From an uncultured Rivularia sp. (GTDB taxonomy: Bacteria > Cyanobacteriota > Cyanobacteriia > Cyanobacteriales > Nostocaceae), in the NCBI GenBank assembly GCA_963665115.1, contig OY762007.1:4576001-4640000 (forward strand): a DNA stretch of 64,000 nucleotides. Direction: 5' to 3'. This document shows, piece by piece, positions 32,587 through 43,869 of this stretch (position 1 is its first letter; every line of letters starts with the position of its first letter). Under the pieces are notes generated by a model, which saw only the letters and a program-made list of their open reading frames with translations, made no database searches and was not told the origin of the DNA. The translations under genes were made by a program, and so were the position numbers.

Positions 32587-32817
32587 ATGCATAGTACAGT
32601 TTGTTATCTCATGTTGGCATTACCTGTTATTGGGTGGAATGCTTTCGGTAGCTTTGCTGCTAGTAATGGTTTACAATCTTTTGACAGCAAAGAACTTAGA
32701 ATTACCGATTTTGTTAGTAGTGAAATAGTTGTTGGATCGTATTCAACACCATTTCAATTATCGGCTAGAGATGACCGAATAAAAGATTGTCTTCGTTCGG
32801 GAAATTGTAAGAATTGA
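32587..32817 (+). CDS. Small putative secreted peptide with a C-terminal two-cysteine motif
   Basis: GAGG RBS, hydrophobic N-terminus, C-terminus RDDRIKDCLRSGNCKN. Confidence 0.5.
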   Translation: MHSTVCYLMLALPVIGWNAFGSFAASNGLQSFDSKELRITDFVSSEIVVGSYSTPFQLSARDDRIKDCLRSGNCKN

Positions 32818-33726
32818 TGCATTATTGTTTTTAATTCTTAGTTACTGTATTTTAAATCATTATTTCTAGGATTAATTTTATAATTATTCCTTTATCTAGC
32901 TATTTTTATTTGTAGATACGAAATATCACTTAGATAATTTTACCGATTTTAAGTTATATATAATAGTATTTAAGAAGCTTCATTTTGATTTTGCACCAGG
33001 AAAAACAAGGGTAAGAATAGTATCATTCTAAATCGATAGAATGCAGTAAAATCTGCCACTTTTCAAGCAGTTACGATTTTATAGAGCCAGTTAGTTTAAA
33101 TGAACTGAAAATATTGCTGATGTAATAGTTAACATTTTTTGGTATCTAATTTATCATTTTGTAGCTGTTTTGTTACGAGATAGATATTAGTTGTGCTGGT
33201 AGTTATTTTTTATATATCTGTGGAAGATATTTAATTGGTGATGTGATGAAAATAAATCCTTGGTGGATTACTTTTAAACATTAAATCCAATTTAGCAAAA
33301 TCTACGGTATAGATTGTAGCGAACATTTGAATAAAGCTAATTGGGATAAAAGATAGCGATATTCATAGATATCTATAGCTATCATCTATAAGCATTGTCC
33401 TGTCAGATGGAATTCGCATCTACACATACATAAGCTGCCCAGGTGGGTTATGCCAGGTGGGTTATGAATTACTTAGTCCACGCAGGTAGGCTTTAACTGT
33501 GTAGCAGATGTTTCAACCGCCGGATAACTTTTATAGCAGTTGTTTTAGTACCAAAAAAAATGAAGAATTCTGTAACTATTTTATCCAAACATCGTGCGAA
33601 TCAATATTATTTATAAATCCGGAATACTGCATTTTTAATTTGTATTCAGAGTGAAGCTCACTCGATAGAAAAATCCTCATATTGTTATAAATCTCGTTTT
33701 AAAAATAGAGCGAGTAGCAGTCTTTT

Positions 33727-35064
33727 ATGCTTCTAAACTTAGAAAGATTTTATCAAGCTTGTAATCCGAGCCAACCTCTAGTCATGGGAGATGCTGATGC
33801 TCGTCGATATTATATTGATTTCGCTGCGGTAAGGGGCGGAAAAATTATTGAGGCGTTACAAAGGACTATTACTAGAATATCACCGGATGTACCCACAACT
33901 CAACTTTTTACAGGACATATTGGTTGCGGTAAATCTACGGAATTATTGCGATTAAAAGCCGAATTAGAACTTAAAAATTTTCATGTAGTTTACTTTGAAT
34001 CCACCCATGTTTTGGAAATGGTGGACTTAGATGTTACCGATATCTTTCTGGCGATCGCCGGACAGGTTTCTCAAAGTTTGGAGTCGATAAAAATCCGTTT
34101 GAAGCCTTCTTATTTTACGAAGCTGTTTGGCGAAATTGTTGATTTTCTCCAAACTCCGATCGATTTGGAGTTGGAAGGTGAACTATCGGTGGGAATTGCG
34201 AAAATTACGACTAAAACGAAGGAAAGTCCTCAGTTAAGAAGAAGATTACGGGATTATTTAGAACCGCGAACTCTAAATATTTTGCACTCTATCAATAATG
34301 AGTTATTAGCTCGTGCTAATCAAGAACTTAAAGCTAGAGGTAAAAAGGGATTAGTGGTAATTGTTGATAACTTAGATCGAGTTGCAATTCGTCCTTTACC
34401 ATCTGGACGTTCTCTACCGGAGTATTTATTTATCGATCGAGGAGAACAGTTACGCAAACTCAATTGTCATATGGTTTATACAATTCCTTTGGGTTTAACT
34501 TTTTCCAACGATAGCGCTCAATTACAGCATCGTTTGGGTGGTGGTGTTGCGCCAAAAGTTTTACCAATGATACCCGTGCGTAAACGTACTGGTGAAATTT
34601 TTACTCCTGGCTTAGATAGTTTGCGACAAATGGTTTTAGCGAGAGCTTTTCCTACTATTAATCCCGCAGAAAGGTTACATTTTATAACAGAACTATTCGA
34701 GACTCCGGAAGCTTTGAATCGGTTGTGTTTAATTAGTGGCGGGCACGTGCGAGACTTACTTGGATTGCTGTTTGATTGTATAAGGGAACAAGATCCACCT
34801 TTTAGTAATGAATGCGTGGAGTTGGTAATTCAAAGACATCGCGATTATCGAGCGAATGCTATTGATACTCCCGAATGGGATTTAATTTTCCAAGTCGTAC
34901 AGCAACAGCGAGTTAGAGGCGATATCGAATATCATACTTTGCTACGAAGCTTATTTATTTTTGAGTATCGCGACCATCAAGGAGTTTGGTTTGCCATTAA
35001 TCCAGTATTAGCAGAAACCAGGAAGTTTAAGTCGTGGTTGGAACAACAGAACAATCGGATTTAG
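33727..35064 (+). CDS. P-loop ATPase (cyanobacterial ATP-binding protein)
   Basis: GHIGCGKST Walker A, VVIVDNLD Walker B, SGGHVR. Confidence 0.85.
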   Translation: MLLNLERFYQACNPSQPLVMGDADARRYYIDFAAVRGGKIIEALQRTITRISPDVPTTQLFTGHIGCGKSTELLRLKAELELKNFHVVYFESTHVLEMVDLDVTDIFLAIAGQVSQSLESIKIRLKPSYFTKLFGEIVDFLQTPIDLELEGELSVGIAKITTKTKESPQLRRRLRDYLEPRTLNILHSINNELLARANQELKARGKKGLVVIVDNLDRVAIRPLPSGRSLPEYLFIDRGEQLRKLNCHMVYTIPLGLTFSNDSAQLQHRLGGGVAPKVLPMIPVRKRTGEIFTPGLDSLRQMVLARAFPTINPAERLHFITELFETPEALNRLCLISGGHVRDLLGLLFDCIREQDPPFSNECVELVIQRHRDYRANAIDTPEWDLIFQVVQQQRVRGDIEYHTLLRSLFIFEYRDHQGVWFAINPVLAETRKFKSWLEQQNNRI

Positions 35065-38000
35065 TCGCTGCTAATGCTTCTGCTTTAAGAAGTTTAACGC
35101 GAGCAATTTCCCTTTCTAACGGGGAATTCTCGCTCGCATTAGTATGCTGTAATTATCAAGTTTTACAAGAGCAAATATTACAGCATTTGCAAGAAAAATT
35201 AGGGAAAAACTACCTATTACAAAAGGTCTGTTTACCTCCCCAGGCAAGGAGTTTATACAGTACAATTCATACGAAAATAGTTGAAACTGATTCGGATGAT
35301 TCGCAAAAAAGTGAAAACTTACCCAAAATAGCATTAATGGTTTTGGGTTTAGAATCAGTTGATGCACTCGATGACTTATTAAGTACTATCAATCACGTGC
35401 GCGATGAATTTCGCAAACAACATCCTTTCCCGATGGTAATTTGGGTAAACGAAGAAGTATTGCACAAATTACGGCGATTGGCCCCAGATTTTGCAAGTTG
35501 GGCTGCCACACCGATAAAACTTGAAATGACAACGATACAATTGCAGCAGTTTTTGCAACAAGAAACCGATTCATTATTCTCCACAGTTTTAAATATTGCC
35601 ACAGCCAGAGAAAAAGAACCTAGAATTATCAAAAATAATCGATGCGGTAAAAACTGTTTGGCAAAAAGTCAAAAAAACTCATCCGAACAGTATTGTCAAT
35701 GTACCTTAGAACAAATTTGGCAGCAAAAAAACGAACTGCATCATGCAATTAAAGACTTACAAACCCGTGGAATTAACTTAACTCCAGAACTAGAAGCTAG
35801 TTTACAATTTGTGTTTGGTTTGGACGAATACGTTAAAGACTCTATAGAAAAAGCAATAAACCACTTGAGGGACAGTTATCAGTTAACAGTTAACAGCGAA
35901 CAGTCTTTAATAATAGGTTATCGAAAGACAAATAAAACAGAAAAGATAATAATTTCTACCCCCTCTCCCTCTCTCCCCCTCTCCCCATCCTCCCACCTCC
36001 TCCATCAAGGAGTCATCCTCTTATACCTGGGTTTGTGTTTTCACCGTTTAGCCGAACGCGATCGCGGCGAGCAAGATGGTAATTGGCAATCTGCTGTGAG
36101 TTATTTCCAGCAGTGTTTGCAGGTATTTGAGTTGGCTGAGCGTCCGGTTTTGGTGGCGCAGTTTATCGGACAATTATGTGAGGTTTTACAGCAGCTTCAG
36201 GATTGGAATAAGTTACGGATAGTCGCTCAAAAGTCTTTGGAATTGCACCAGATACATGGTAATTATACTCAGCTTGCTTGCGATTGCGGTTATTTAGCAG
36301 ATGTGGCTTTGCAAGAATCAAAATGGAAGCAAGCAAGTAAATATGCTCAAGCTTCGCTGTTTTATTTGGCAGAAGCAAAGAATAACCATAAGGCACATCA
36401 AGCTTTATTCCCGTTGCTATTGGAGCAGATTTATCAGCTGGTTTTGGTGAAAGCTCTACAACTCTTGGGCGAGGAAAAAACCGCGCAACAGCATTTAGAA
36501 AATGCGAGTCAGAAGTTATCAATGATGATGGAAAATAGCGATTATCGTTATGATGTTCATCGTTACATTCGGCTTTTACGGCGGTTGCGATGGCTTTATT
36601 ACGAGTCAGGCAAGTATTTGGAAGCTTTTTTTATTCGTCGCGAACGACGTTCGGTAGAGCAACAGTATGGTTTGCGTGCTTTCATTGGTGCGGGTAGGTT
36701 GGAACCCCAAAGACAAGCAAAAAATCCGGTGTTAATTTCACCTGCGAAAAATACTGATGTTGCTCTGGAAATTACTGCTTCTGGTAGGGAACGAGATATT
36801 AATTTATTGATTGGAAAAATTAGTCGTTCCGATAAAAAGTTAATTTTGATTCATGGTGAATCGGGAGTCGGCAAAAGTTCTATTGTTAATGCTGGTTTGG
36901 TTCCAGCTTTGCAAAATAGACCAATTGGCGACCAAATTGCGGTACCCGTTGTGTTACAGGTTTATACAGATTGGGTGCGGGAGTTGGGTAAGTCTTTGAG
37001 TGAAGCGATGTTTGTCGATCAATCGCCGATTCGATATGCTTTTGGTAAGGAATTAAACGCTTCTCCTTATCCAGCCACACCGATTATAATCTCAAGTATT
37101 TTAGAACAGTTACGAGAAAATGCTAATAACCATTTGATAACTGTGTTGATTTTTGACCAGTTAGAAGAATTCTTCTTTGTTTGTAACGATAGAAGTCAAA
37201 AAGCAGAGTTTGATAATTTTATCTGTGAATGTTTAAATATTGCTTTTGTAAAAATAATATTTTCGCTAAGGGAAGACTATTTACATCATTTGCTAGATTT
37301 AAAACGTTTGGCGAAACAAGATTCAATTAGTAATAATATTTTAGATAAAGATATCCGCTATCAAGTTAATAATCTTTCCTCGGAAAATGCTAAAAGGGTA
37401 ATTCAAAAGTTAACGGAACGCTCTGAATACAATATTGAACCCGCTTTAATTGATACTTTAGTAGAAGATTTATCGTCAGGAATAGGAGAAGTACGTCCGA
37501 TTGAGTTACAGGTAGTAGGAGCGCAACTACAAGATGAAAGAATTACCACTTTAGCTAAATACGAACCCTATCGACCGAATAAATTAATTGAGCGATATAT
37601 CAAGGAAATTATTAAAGATTGCGGTTCGGAAAACGAGCAAGCTGCTTTACTGGTTTTATATTTATTAACTGACGAAAATCATAAAAGACCTTTTAAAACT
37701 AAGGCTGAATTAACAACCGAATTAGCAGAGTTTGAGTCGGGAGAAAAATTAGAGCTAGTCTTAGAAATTCTAGTACGTTCGGGATTAGTTGTATTATTTG
37801 CTGATATTACAGAACGCTATCAGTTAATTCACGATTATTTAGTTGATTTAATTCGTTTATTACAACAAGAGGAGTTAAACTTTCAAAATCAATTAAAAGA
37901 ATTAAGATATCAAGTACAGGAAAGAGAAACAGAAATTACTCGACTCCATAGCGAATTAAGGAAGAAAAAGCAGTCAAAAATAGTTGATAATCAACCCCAT

Positions 38001-40244
38001 GAAAACGTAAATGGATTTACAGAATTAAAAGAACTTCGCAAACGTGAAGAAGTTAGCCGAGTTGAAATTGAGCGGCTATTAGCAGAATTAGAACAGCAAA
38101 AGTTACAAGCGCAGCTAGCAGAAAGTCAACAGCAGCAAAAACTCAGCGAAGTCAAAGTTAATCGTTCTTTGAAAATTGCTCTTGCGGGTTCTGTTACGGC
38201 TATTTTTGCTTTAACAGCTTCGACGATAATGTCAGTGTATTTATGGAGACAATCTTTAATCAGCGAAATTCAAGCCATCAGCGCTTCAGCAGAAGAACTT
38301 GCAACTTCGGGTAAAGATTTCGATGCTTTGAGACAAGGATTGAAAGCAGCAAATAAATTTAAGACTGCATTTTTACCGGATGCTTATACAAAAGCTCAGG
38401 TAATGACGGCTTTACATCAAGTAGTTCCACAAATTAGAGAAAAAGAAACAATATCCGGACATTTATCAGGTGTTAATAGCGTTGCTTTTAGCCAACTTAA
38501 CTCTTTAATAGCTTCCGCCAGTGCTGATAATACAGTTAAATTATGGTATCCAGATGGTAAATTTTTTCGTACTTTATCGGGACATACTGATGTAGTTAAT
38601 AGCGTCACTTTTAGTCCTGACGGTACTAAAGTTGCTTCTGCTTCTCAAGATAAAACTGTTAAGCTTTGGACTTTAGATGGTACAAGTTTAACTTTATTAG
38701 GACATACTGATATTGTTAATAGTGTTGCTTTTAGTCCTAGTGGTAGAATAATTGCTTCTGGAAGTACCGATAAAACACTCAAGCTTTGGAATCGTGCAGG
38801 CAAATTATTAAAAACACTTTTCGGTCATGATGATGCAGTTTTGCAAGTTGCTTTTTCTCCTAATGGTGAAACCCTTGCTTCTGTAAGTAGCGATAAAACT
38901 ATTAAGCTTTGGAATCAAAACGGTAAAAATATTCGTACTATTAGCGGACATCAGGATGCAATTACTAGCATTGCTTGGTCTAAAGACGGTAAAATTATTG
39001 CTTCGGCAAGTTTGGATAAAACTGTCAAATTGTGGAATCTTCAAGGCAAGTTATTAAAAGTTATTAAAGCACATTCAGAACCTATTACTGCTGTCAACTT
39101 TAGCCCCGACAATCAAGTTATTGCTACAGTCAGCACCGACGGAACCGTTAAACTTTGGCGCTGGCAAGATGGAATACTATTAGGAACCCTAAAAGGACAC
39201 AAAGATTGGGTAAATGATGTTAGTTTCAGCCCAGATAGCAAAACTCTTGCTTCCGCTAGTCGAGATAAAACGGTGAAACTTTGGTCTTGGCAGAATTTAT
39301 TATTAGGAAATCTGAAAACACATAATAAAGCAGTCACCAGCGTTAGTTTTTCCCTAGATGGTAATTTAATTGCTTCGGGAAGCACCGATAAAACTATTAA
39401 ATTATGGACTCCTAACGGTACGCAAATCAAAACTTTACAGCCATATCAAGAGGAAATTTGGGATGTCAGTTTTAGTCCCGACGGTAAAATTATTGCATCT
39501 GCGGGTAAAGATAAAACTATCAAACTATGGCAAAATAACGGTAAATTAATTAAAACTATTGCTGCTCACAATAACGTAATTTTAAGTCTTGCTTGGTCTA
39601 ATAAAGATAATATTTTAGCTTCTGCTAGTAAAGACAAAACCGTTAAACTGTGGCATAGAAACGGCGAATTAATTACAACTTTGTCGGGACATCAGCAAGC
39701 TGTAAACTGGGTTAGTTTCAGTAGCGATGGTGAATTTATTGCTTCAGCTAGCGACGATAATACCGTTAAAATTTGGCATAAATCCGGTAACTTATTACAT
39801 ACATTGACGGGACATAAAGGTTCCGTATTTGGTCTTTCTTGGTCTAAGAAAGGTAATATTCTCGCTTCAGCCAGCCTTGATGGTACTGTGAAATTGTGGA
39901 ACCAAAAAGGCGAATTACAGCAAACTTTAATTGCAGAAGGTGAAGAATTTACTGGCGTAACATTTAGCCCCGACGGTAAATTATTAGCAGCTACCAGCGA
40001 AGATAAAGTAAATCTTTGGCAGCGTGACGGTACGTTATTAATTACTTTGAAAGCCGATCGAGAAGAGTTTACCAGTATTAGCTTCAGTCCAGATAGTGAA
40101 ACTTTATTAAGCGGTACCAGCAGAGGGACAATAATTTTACGAGATTTAGATAATTTAACCTTAGAAAAATTACGTATTAAAGGCTGCGACGCGCTGCAAG
40201 ATTATGGGAAGGAAGAAGATGATTTGTGTTTGGATAAGAGATAG
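35034..40244 (+). CDS. STAND-type NTPase with TPR-like region, coiled coil, probable TM helix and ~14 C-terminal WD40 repeats
   Basis: GESGVGKSS, LIFDQLEE, LREDYL, PIELQVVG, LIHDYLV; repeated GH..VNSV.FSPDG..ASAS.DKTVKLW. Confidence 0.9.
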   Translation: MVGTTEQSDLVAANASALRSLTRAISLSNGEFSLALVCCNYQVLQEQILQHLQEKLGKNYLLQKVCLPPQARSLYSTIHTKIVETDSDDSQKSENLPKIALMVLGLESVDALDDLLSTINHVRDEFRKQHPFPMVIWVNEEVLHKLRRLAPDFASWAATPIKLEMTTIQLQQFLQQETDSLFSTVLNIATAREKEPRIIKNNRCGKNCLAKSQKNSSEQYCQCTLEQIWQQKNELHHAIKDLQTRGINLTPELEASLQFVFGLDEYVKDSIEKAINHLRDSYQLTVNSEQSLIIGYRKTNKTEKIIISTPSPSLPLSPSSHLLHQGVILLYLGLCFHRLAERDRGEQDGNWQSAVSYFQQCLQVFELAERPVLVAQFIGQLCEVLQQLQDWNKLRIVAQKSLELHQIHGNYTQLACDCGYLADVALQESKWKQASKYAQASLFYLAEAKNNHKAHQALFPLLLEQIYQLVLVKALQLLGEEKTAQQHLENASQKLSMMMENSDYRYDVHRYIRLLRRLRWLYYESGKYLEAFFIRRERRSVEQQYGLRAFIGAGRLEPQRQAKNPVLISPAKNTDVALEITASGRERDINLLIGKISRSDKKLILIHGESGVGKSSIVNAGLVPALQNRPIGDQIAVPVVLQVYTDWVRELGKSLSEAMFVDQSPIRYAFGKELNASPYPATPIIISSILEQLRENANNHLITVLIFDQLEEFFFVCNDRSQKAEFDNFICECLNIAFVKIIFSLREDYLHHLLDLKRLAKQDSISNNILDKDIRYQVNNLSSENAKRVIQKLTERSEYNIEPALIDTLVEDLSSGIGEVRPIELQVVGAQLQDERITTLAKYEPYRPNKLIERYIKEIIKDCGSENEQAALLVLYLLTDENHKRPFKTKAELTTELAEFESGEKLELVLEILVRSGLVVLFADITERYQLIHDYLVDLIRLLQQEELNFQNQLKELRYQVQERETEITRLHSELRKKKQSKIVDNQPHENVNGFTELKELRKREEVSRVEIERLLAELEQQKLQAQLAESQQQQKLSEVKVNRSLKIALAGSVTAIFALTASTIMSVYLWRQSLISEIQAISASAEELATSGKDFDALRQGLKAANKFKTAFLPDAYTKAQVMTALHQVVPQIREKETISGHLSGVNSVAFSQLNSLIASASADNTVKLWYPDGKFFRTLSGHTDVVNSVTFSPDGTKVASASQDKTVKLWTLDGTSLTLLGHTDIVNSVAFSPSGRIIASGSTDKTLKLWNRAGKLLKTLFGHDDAVLQVAFSPNGETLASVSSDKTIKLWNQNGKNIRTISGHQDAITSIAWSKDGKIIASASLDKTVKLWNLQGKLLKVIKAHSEPITAVNFSPDNQVIATVSTDGTVKLWRWQDGILLGTLKGHKDWVNDVSFSPDSKTLASASRDKTVKLWSWQNLLLGNLKTHNKAVTSVSFSLDGNLIASGSTDKTIKLWTPNGTQIKTLQPYQEEIWDVSFSPDGKIIASAGKDKTIKLWQNNGKLIKTIAAHNNVILSLAWSNKDNILASASKDKTVKLWHRNGELITTLSGHQQAVNWVSFSSDGEFIASASDDNTVKIWHKSGNLLHTLTGHKGSVFGLSWSKKGNILASASLDGTVKLWNQKGELQQTLIAEGEEFTGVTFSPDGKLLAATSEDKVNLWQRDGTLLITLKADREEFTSISFSPDSETLLSGTSRGTIILRDLDNLTLEKLRIKGCDALQDYGKEEDDLCLDKR

Positions 40245-40323
40245 GAGTTAAAAATTCAAAGTTAAAAATTAGTAGTTAGAGAAGACAATCCAAAATCTAA
40301 AATAGAATGTGACCTTTCTTTGC

Positions 40324-40977
40324 TTAAACTTTCTCACGTATCTTATTTAAAATTAAATATGTTCTAGCACTAAATATACGGTTCAATTTCTCGTTAGGTT
40401 CAATTTCTATTAAGAAACTGTGAAAAAATAATTTACGCAAGCCGTTTTGTTGATCTCTAAGAGCAGCTTTGTAAATAGTTACATCACAATCCTTTTCTAG
40501 TTCTTCCAATAACTTATTTTGTGCGCTTATTTTAGCTGGTTCTGAAGCTTCATAATTTGATTGAGATAGTTCTTTAACTAATTCCTCAAGGTTACTAGGG
40601 TTAAAAGAAGATTTCTTCGCAAATAGCTTTTTACCAAATTGTTTTAATTGTTTTTCCAAAAATTTTATTTTATTTTCTAATTTTTTAATTCCCGTATCAT
40701 TTTCTAAAGGGTTATAATTTTTTGCCCCGCGATACTGAGTGTAAGTAGAATTTTGGATTAATTCTTCCCGACATTTTTCGGCAATAATCTTGTCTGAAGA
40801 ATAACAACATTTCTCTAGTGCTACAGCTAAATCTTGAGCAACTTGTTTATTATTTTTAATTTCATCAATGATTACTTGTAGAACCTGCCAACTTTGTTTT
40901 GTCGAATCATAAGCTATATTTTCTACTAAATCCTGCCAAATAACTTTAAATAGTATGAGTAAAAAAGTTTCTGCCAT
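40324..40977 (-). CDS. Hypothetical protein
   Basis: 217-aa ORF in AT-rich DNA; no motif recognised. Confidence 0.6.
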   Translation of the reverse strand: MAETFLLILFKVIWQDLVENIAYDSTKQSWQVLQVIIDEIKNNKQVAQDLAVALEKCCYSSDKIIAEKCREELIQNSTYTQYRGAKNYNPLENDTGIKKLENKIKFLEKQLKQFGKKLFAKKSSFNPSNLEELVKELSQSNYEASEPAKISAQNKLLEELEKDCDVTIYKAALRDQQNGLRKLFFHSFLIEIEPNEKLNRIFSARTYLILNKIREKV

Positions 40978-41271
40978 GCAAGCGCTCTCTGCTGTTTTTT
41001 CAGTATAAATTACACTAATCTATACTATAAAAACCTTTCATGCCTACGTACTATGACTTAATTTTGGCTTATTATATATACTTTTAATACTTGTAATTTT
41101 GCTTAAATAAAGGTTCGTAGTAAGCGATTTATCGCTTTTTTAAAAGGACTTAAGTCCTTACTACGAAACTTTTATGTATATAGTGGCGATTGAATAAATT
41201 ATCAAGGGTTTGTTTTGCCCATAATCGTCGGGAGACGTAAAATTTTACGTCTCTACAACCCTATGACCTAA

Positions 41272-43516
41272 TTAGTTGCTCCCTGGTGTTGGCTTTGTAG
41301 TTGCTTCTGGCGTTTGTTGCTGTTGATATTGAGGGAATTGAGATTGGTTTGCAGAATATTCTCCTACTAATTGAGATGTTTGAGGATTATAAATCCTTAA
41401 ATAATTCCAGTAGTTTCCAAGCACCTGACGGACGTAATTTTTAGTTTCGGGAAAGGGAATTGCTTCTACAAATTCATCTGGATCGTCTATAGGTAAGGTT
41501 TTTAACCATTTAGAAACATTTCCAGGACCTGCATTGTAACTAGCAACTGCCAACAGCGAGCTATCTTGATATTGCTTGTGGGTGCTGTCTAAATACCACG
41601 TACCGTACATGATATTATCGTTGGGATCTTCTAAGCTGGTGCTTTTATAATCCACGTTGATTTGTGGTGCAATCCATTCGGCAGTAGTTGGTAGCACCTG
41701 CATTAAACCTGTAGCATTAGCAATAGATTTAATTTTTTCTTGAAATCTCGATTCTTGACGTATCAAGGAAACCACCAAGAAAGGATTAAGATTACGTTCT
41801 TTAGACCACTTGCTAATTAGATCGAAGTAAGGGAATGGATAACGAGCCTGCCAATACATATTTTTCCGGCTCAATTCCTGATATGCAGCTTTCTCGTCAG
41901 GTTCTTCCCTATCTTCTAATTTAGCTACTATCGAAATTCCACCTACATAATTTCCCCTTGCTAGCTGCATCAAACCTTCAGTAAACTGTTCGGCGACTGT
42001 TGGCTGTGCCTTGTTTTCAAATTCAGTTTCCCATTGCAGCCAAGCGTCTCTTTCTTGTCCTAATAGATACAGTTCTTTAAAAGTATCGGAACCGGCTGGT
42101 GGTAAAGGACGGATTCGATCTTTCATTTCCGGACTCATGTCACGCAAGCTATTGAAATCACCAACGTCCAAACCTAAAGTAACGGCAGAACGCCATGAGT
42201 AATAAGAGTAAGGAAAATTACTAACTGCATATTCATAAGCTTGTTTTCCTTCTGCTTCCTTACCAAGTCTAGTTGCCCATTTGCCGACCCAAAAAGCGGC
42301 TCTAGGAGCCAAAATACTAGTGGGATTATTCACCGGAATCGGGCCTGCCCATTCCCATGCGGCTTCATAATCTCTAGCTTTTGCTTTTTGCAACGCGACT
42401 TTCCAACGGTATTCTGCTGCTTGCTCGCTATTACCAAATTTAGTAATTAATAACCTTAAAGCGTCTCTAGCACCCGTATTATTGTTTTGCGATTGCAAAA
42501 CTTTGGATTTACGAATCAGCGCTTCCCCAGCTTGTTCGGGGAAATTGGCAATTGCCTGGTCGAGAAAAGGTAAACTTTCGCTACCCGTTCTGGTTAACTC
42601 AGCCAAACGCAACAATGCTTTACCACTTTCTCTTTCTTGAGGAAATTCGTTTAGCAATTGTCGATAAGTTAATTGAGCCTTTTCTCTTTCTCCACTTAGC
42701 TGCAAACCTCTACCATGACGATAAATGTTTTGGGGCCGTAGGAGTGGCTTTTTCGTAAGCAGTAGCTGCTTTGCCAAATTCCTTACTTTCCCAATACGCA
42801 TTTCCAATTACTTGCCAATCCTCCGGTTTGAGGGTTGGTTCGTTAACAAGACGATCTAACACCGGAACAATTCCCGGTTGTTCAAAAGCGTACTTTGCTA
42901 AAACTAACTGTAATTCAGGCTGATTGGGATTTTTTGCCAAACGTCCCCGAATAATGTCCCACGTCAAAGGATGAGAAGGAAACTCGGCGATCGCCCGATC
43001 TTGATATTCTTCGAGTCCAATTAAATACAAGGCTTTCGCAACAACTGGCTCTTTAGAATATTCTTTAACAACAGCCTGCCTTTTATCGGAAGCTTTGCCA
43101 TCTTCACCAAGAATACGGTACGCACGAGCCTGCTGTAACAAAACATAAGGCTTTAAAGCTTGATAATCATTTTCCAGACCATCAAGTAATTCTAGTGCTT
43201 CCTGAGCTTGGTCTTTTACAAGCAAATCATCCGCTAAAAGATAACGAGCGCGATATTGTTCGATTGAAGACGAACCACCCTTGGCAATTTGTGCCAACTG
43301 AGCCGCACGTGCTTCCGGGGGCTGATTAACTAAAGGCAAAACAACAGATTTGGCTATATTCGCTTCCGAAATAACCTGCTCTTGATTATTGCCATTAAAT
43401 AACCGCCCCAAATTTTTACCAATTTGAGGGGCTGAAACCATAGCTCCAACCAGAAAGGCGCAGACTCCTGCACCCGCAATAAGCGAAATTTGTTTTTTCT
43501 GTAGCTTCTTCAGCAT
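41272..43516 (-). CDS. Soluble lytic transglycosylase (TPR + SLT); apparent +1 frameshift near 42732-42737
   Basis: IRQESRF, ATGLMQV, SYNAGPG, ETKNYV. Two ORFs join as ..KATPTPQNIYRHGRG.. Confidence 0.88.
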
Positions 43517-43693
43517 TGATACCCGCTGAGAATTTAACAAGAATATCTTGCACTGTAGCATCACTGGTGGTCAAATTAACCTACGTTAGCTACCAATTTG
43601 GAATTTTTATCAAATAATTTGCAAAAAGTTGTTAGTTGATAGTTGTTAGTGGTTAGTTGTTGGGCATGGGGGATTGGGGATTGGGCATTGGGG

Positions 43694-43791
43694 ATTGGTA
43701 ATTGGTAATTGGTAATTGGTAATTGGTAATTGGTAATTGGTAATTGGTAATTGGTAATTGGTAATTGGTAATTGGTAATTGGTAATTGGTA
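43694..43791. repeat. STRR heptamer array (ATTGGTA)x14 with degenerate flanking heptamers
   Basis: Counted directly; shorter arrays at ~31027 and ~49036. Confidence 0.95.
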
Positions 43792-43869
43792 ATTGGGGAT
43801 TGATAATTGAGGATTGGGAATAATAAGCGAGCAAGATGCTCGCACTACTCTCCCCATCTCCCCATCTCC

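Noticed and set aside
43694..43791. Possible CRISPR array
   Set aside because: 7-bp tandem repeat with no spacers and no cas genes.
43576..43857. ORFs with (YQLPITN)n repeats
   Set aside because: Translation of the ATTGGTA STRR array, not a protein.
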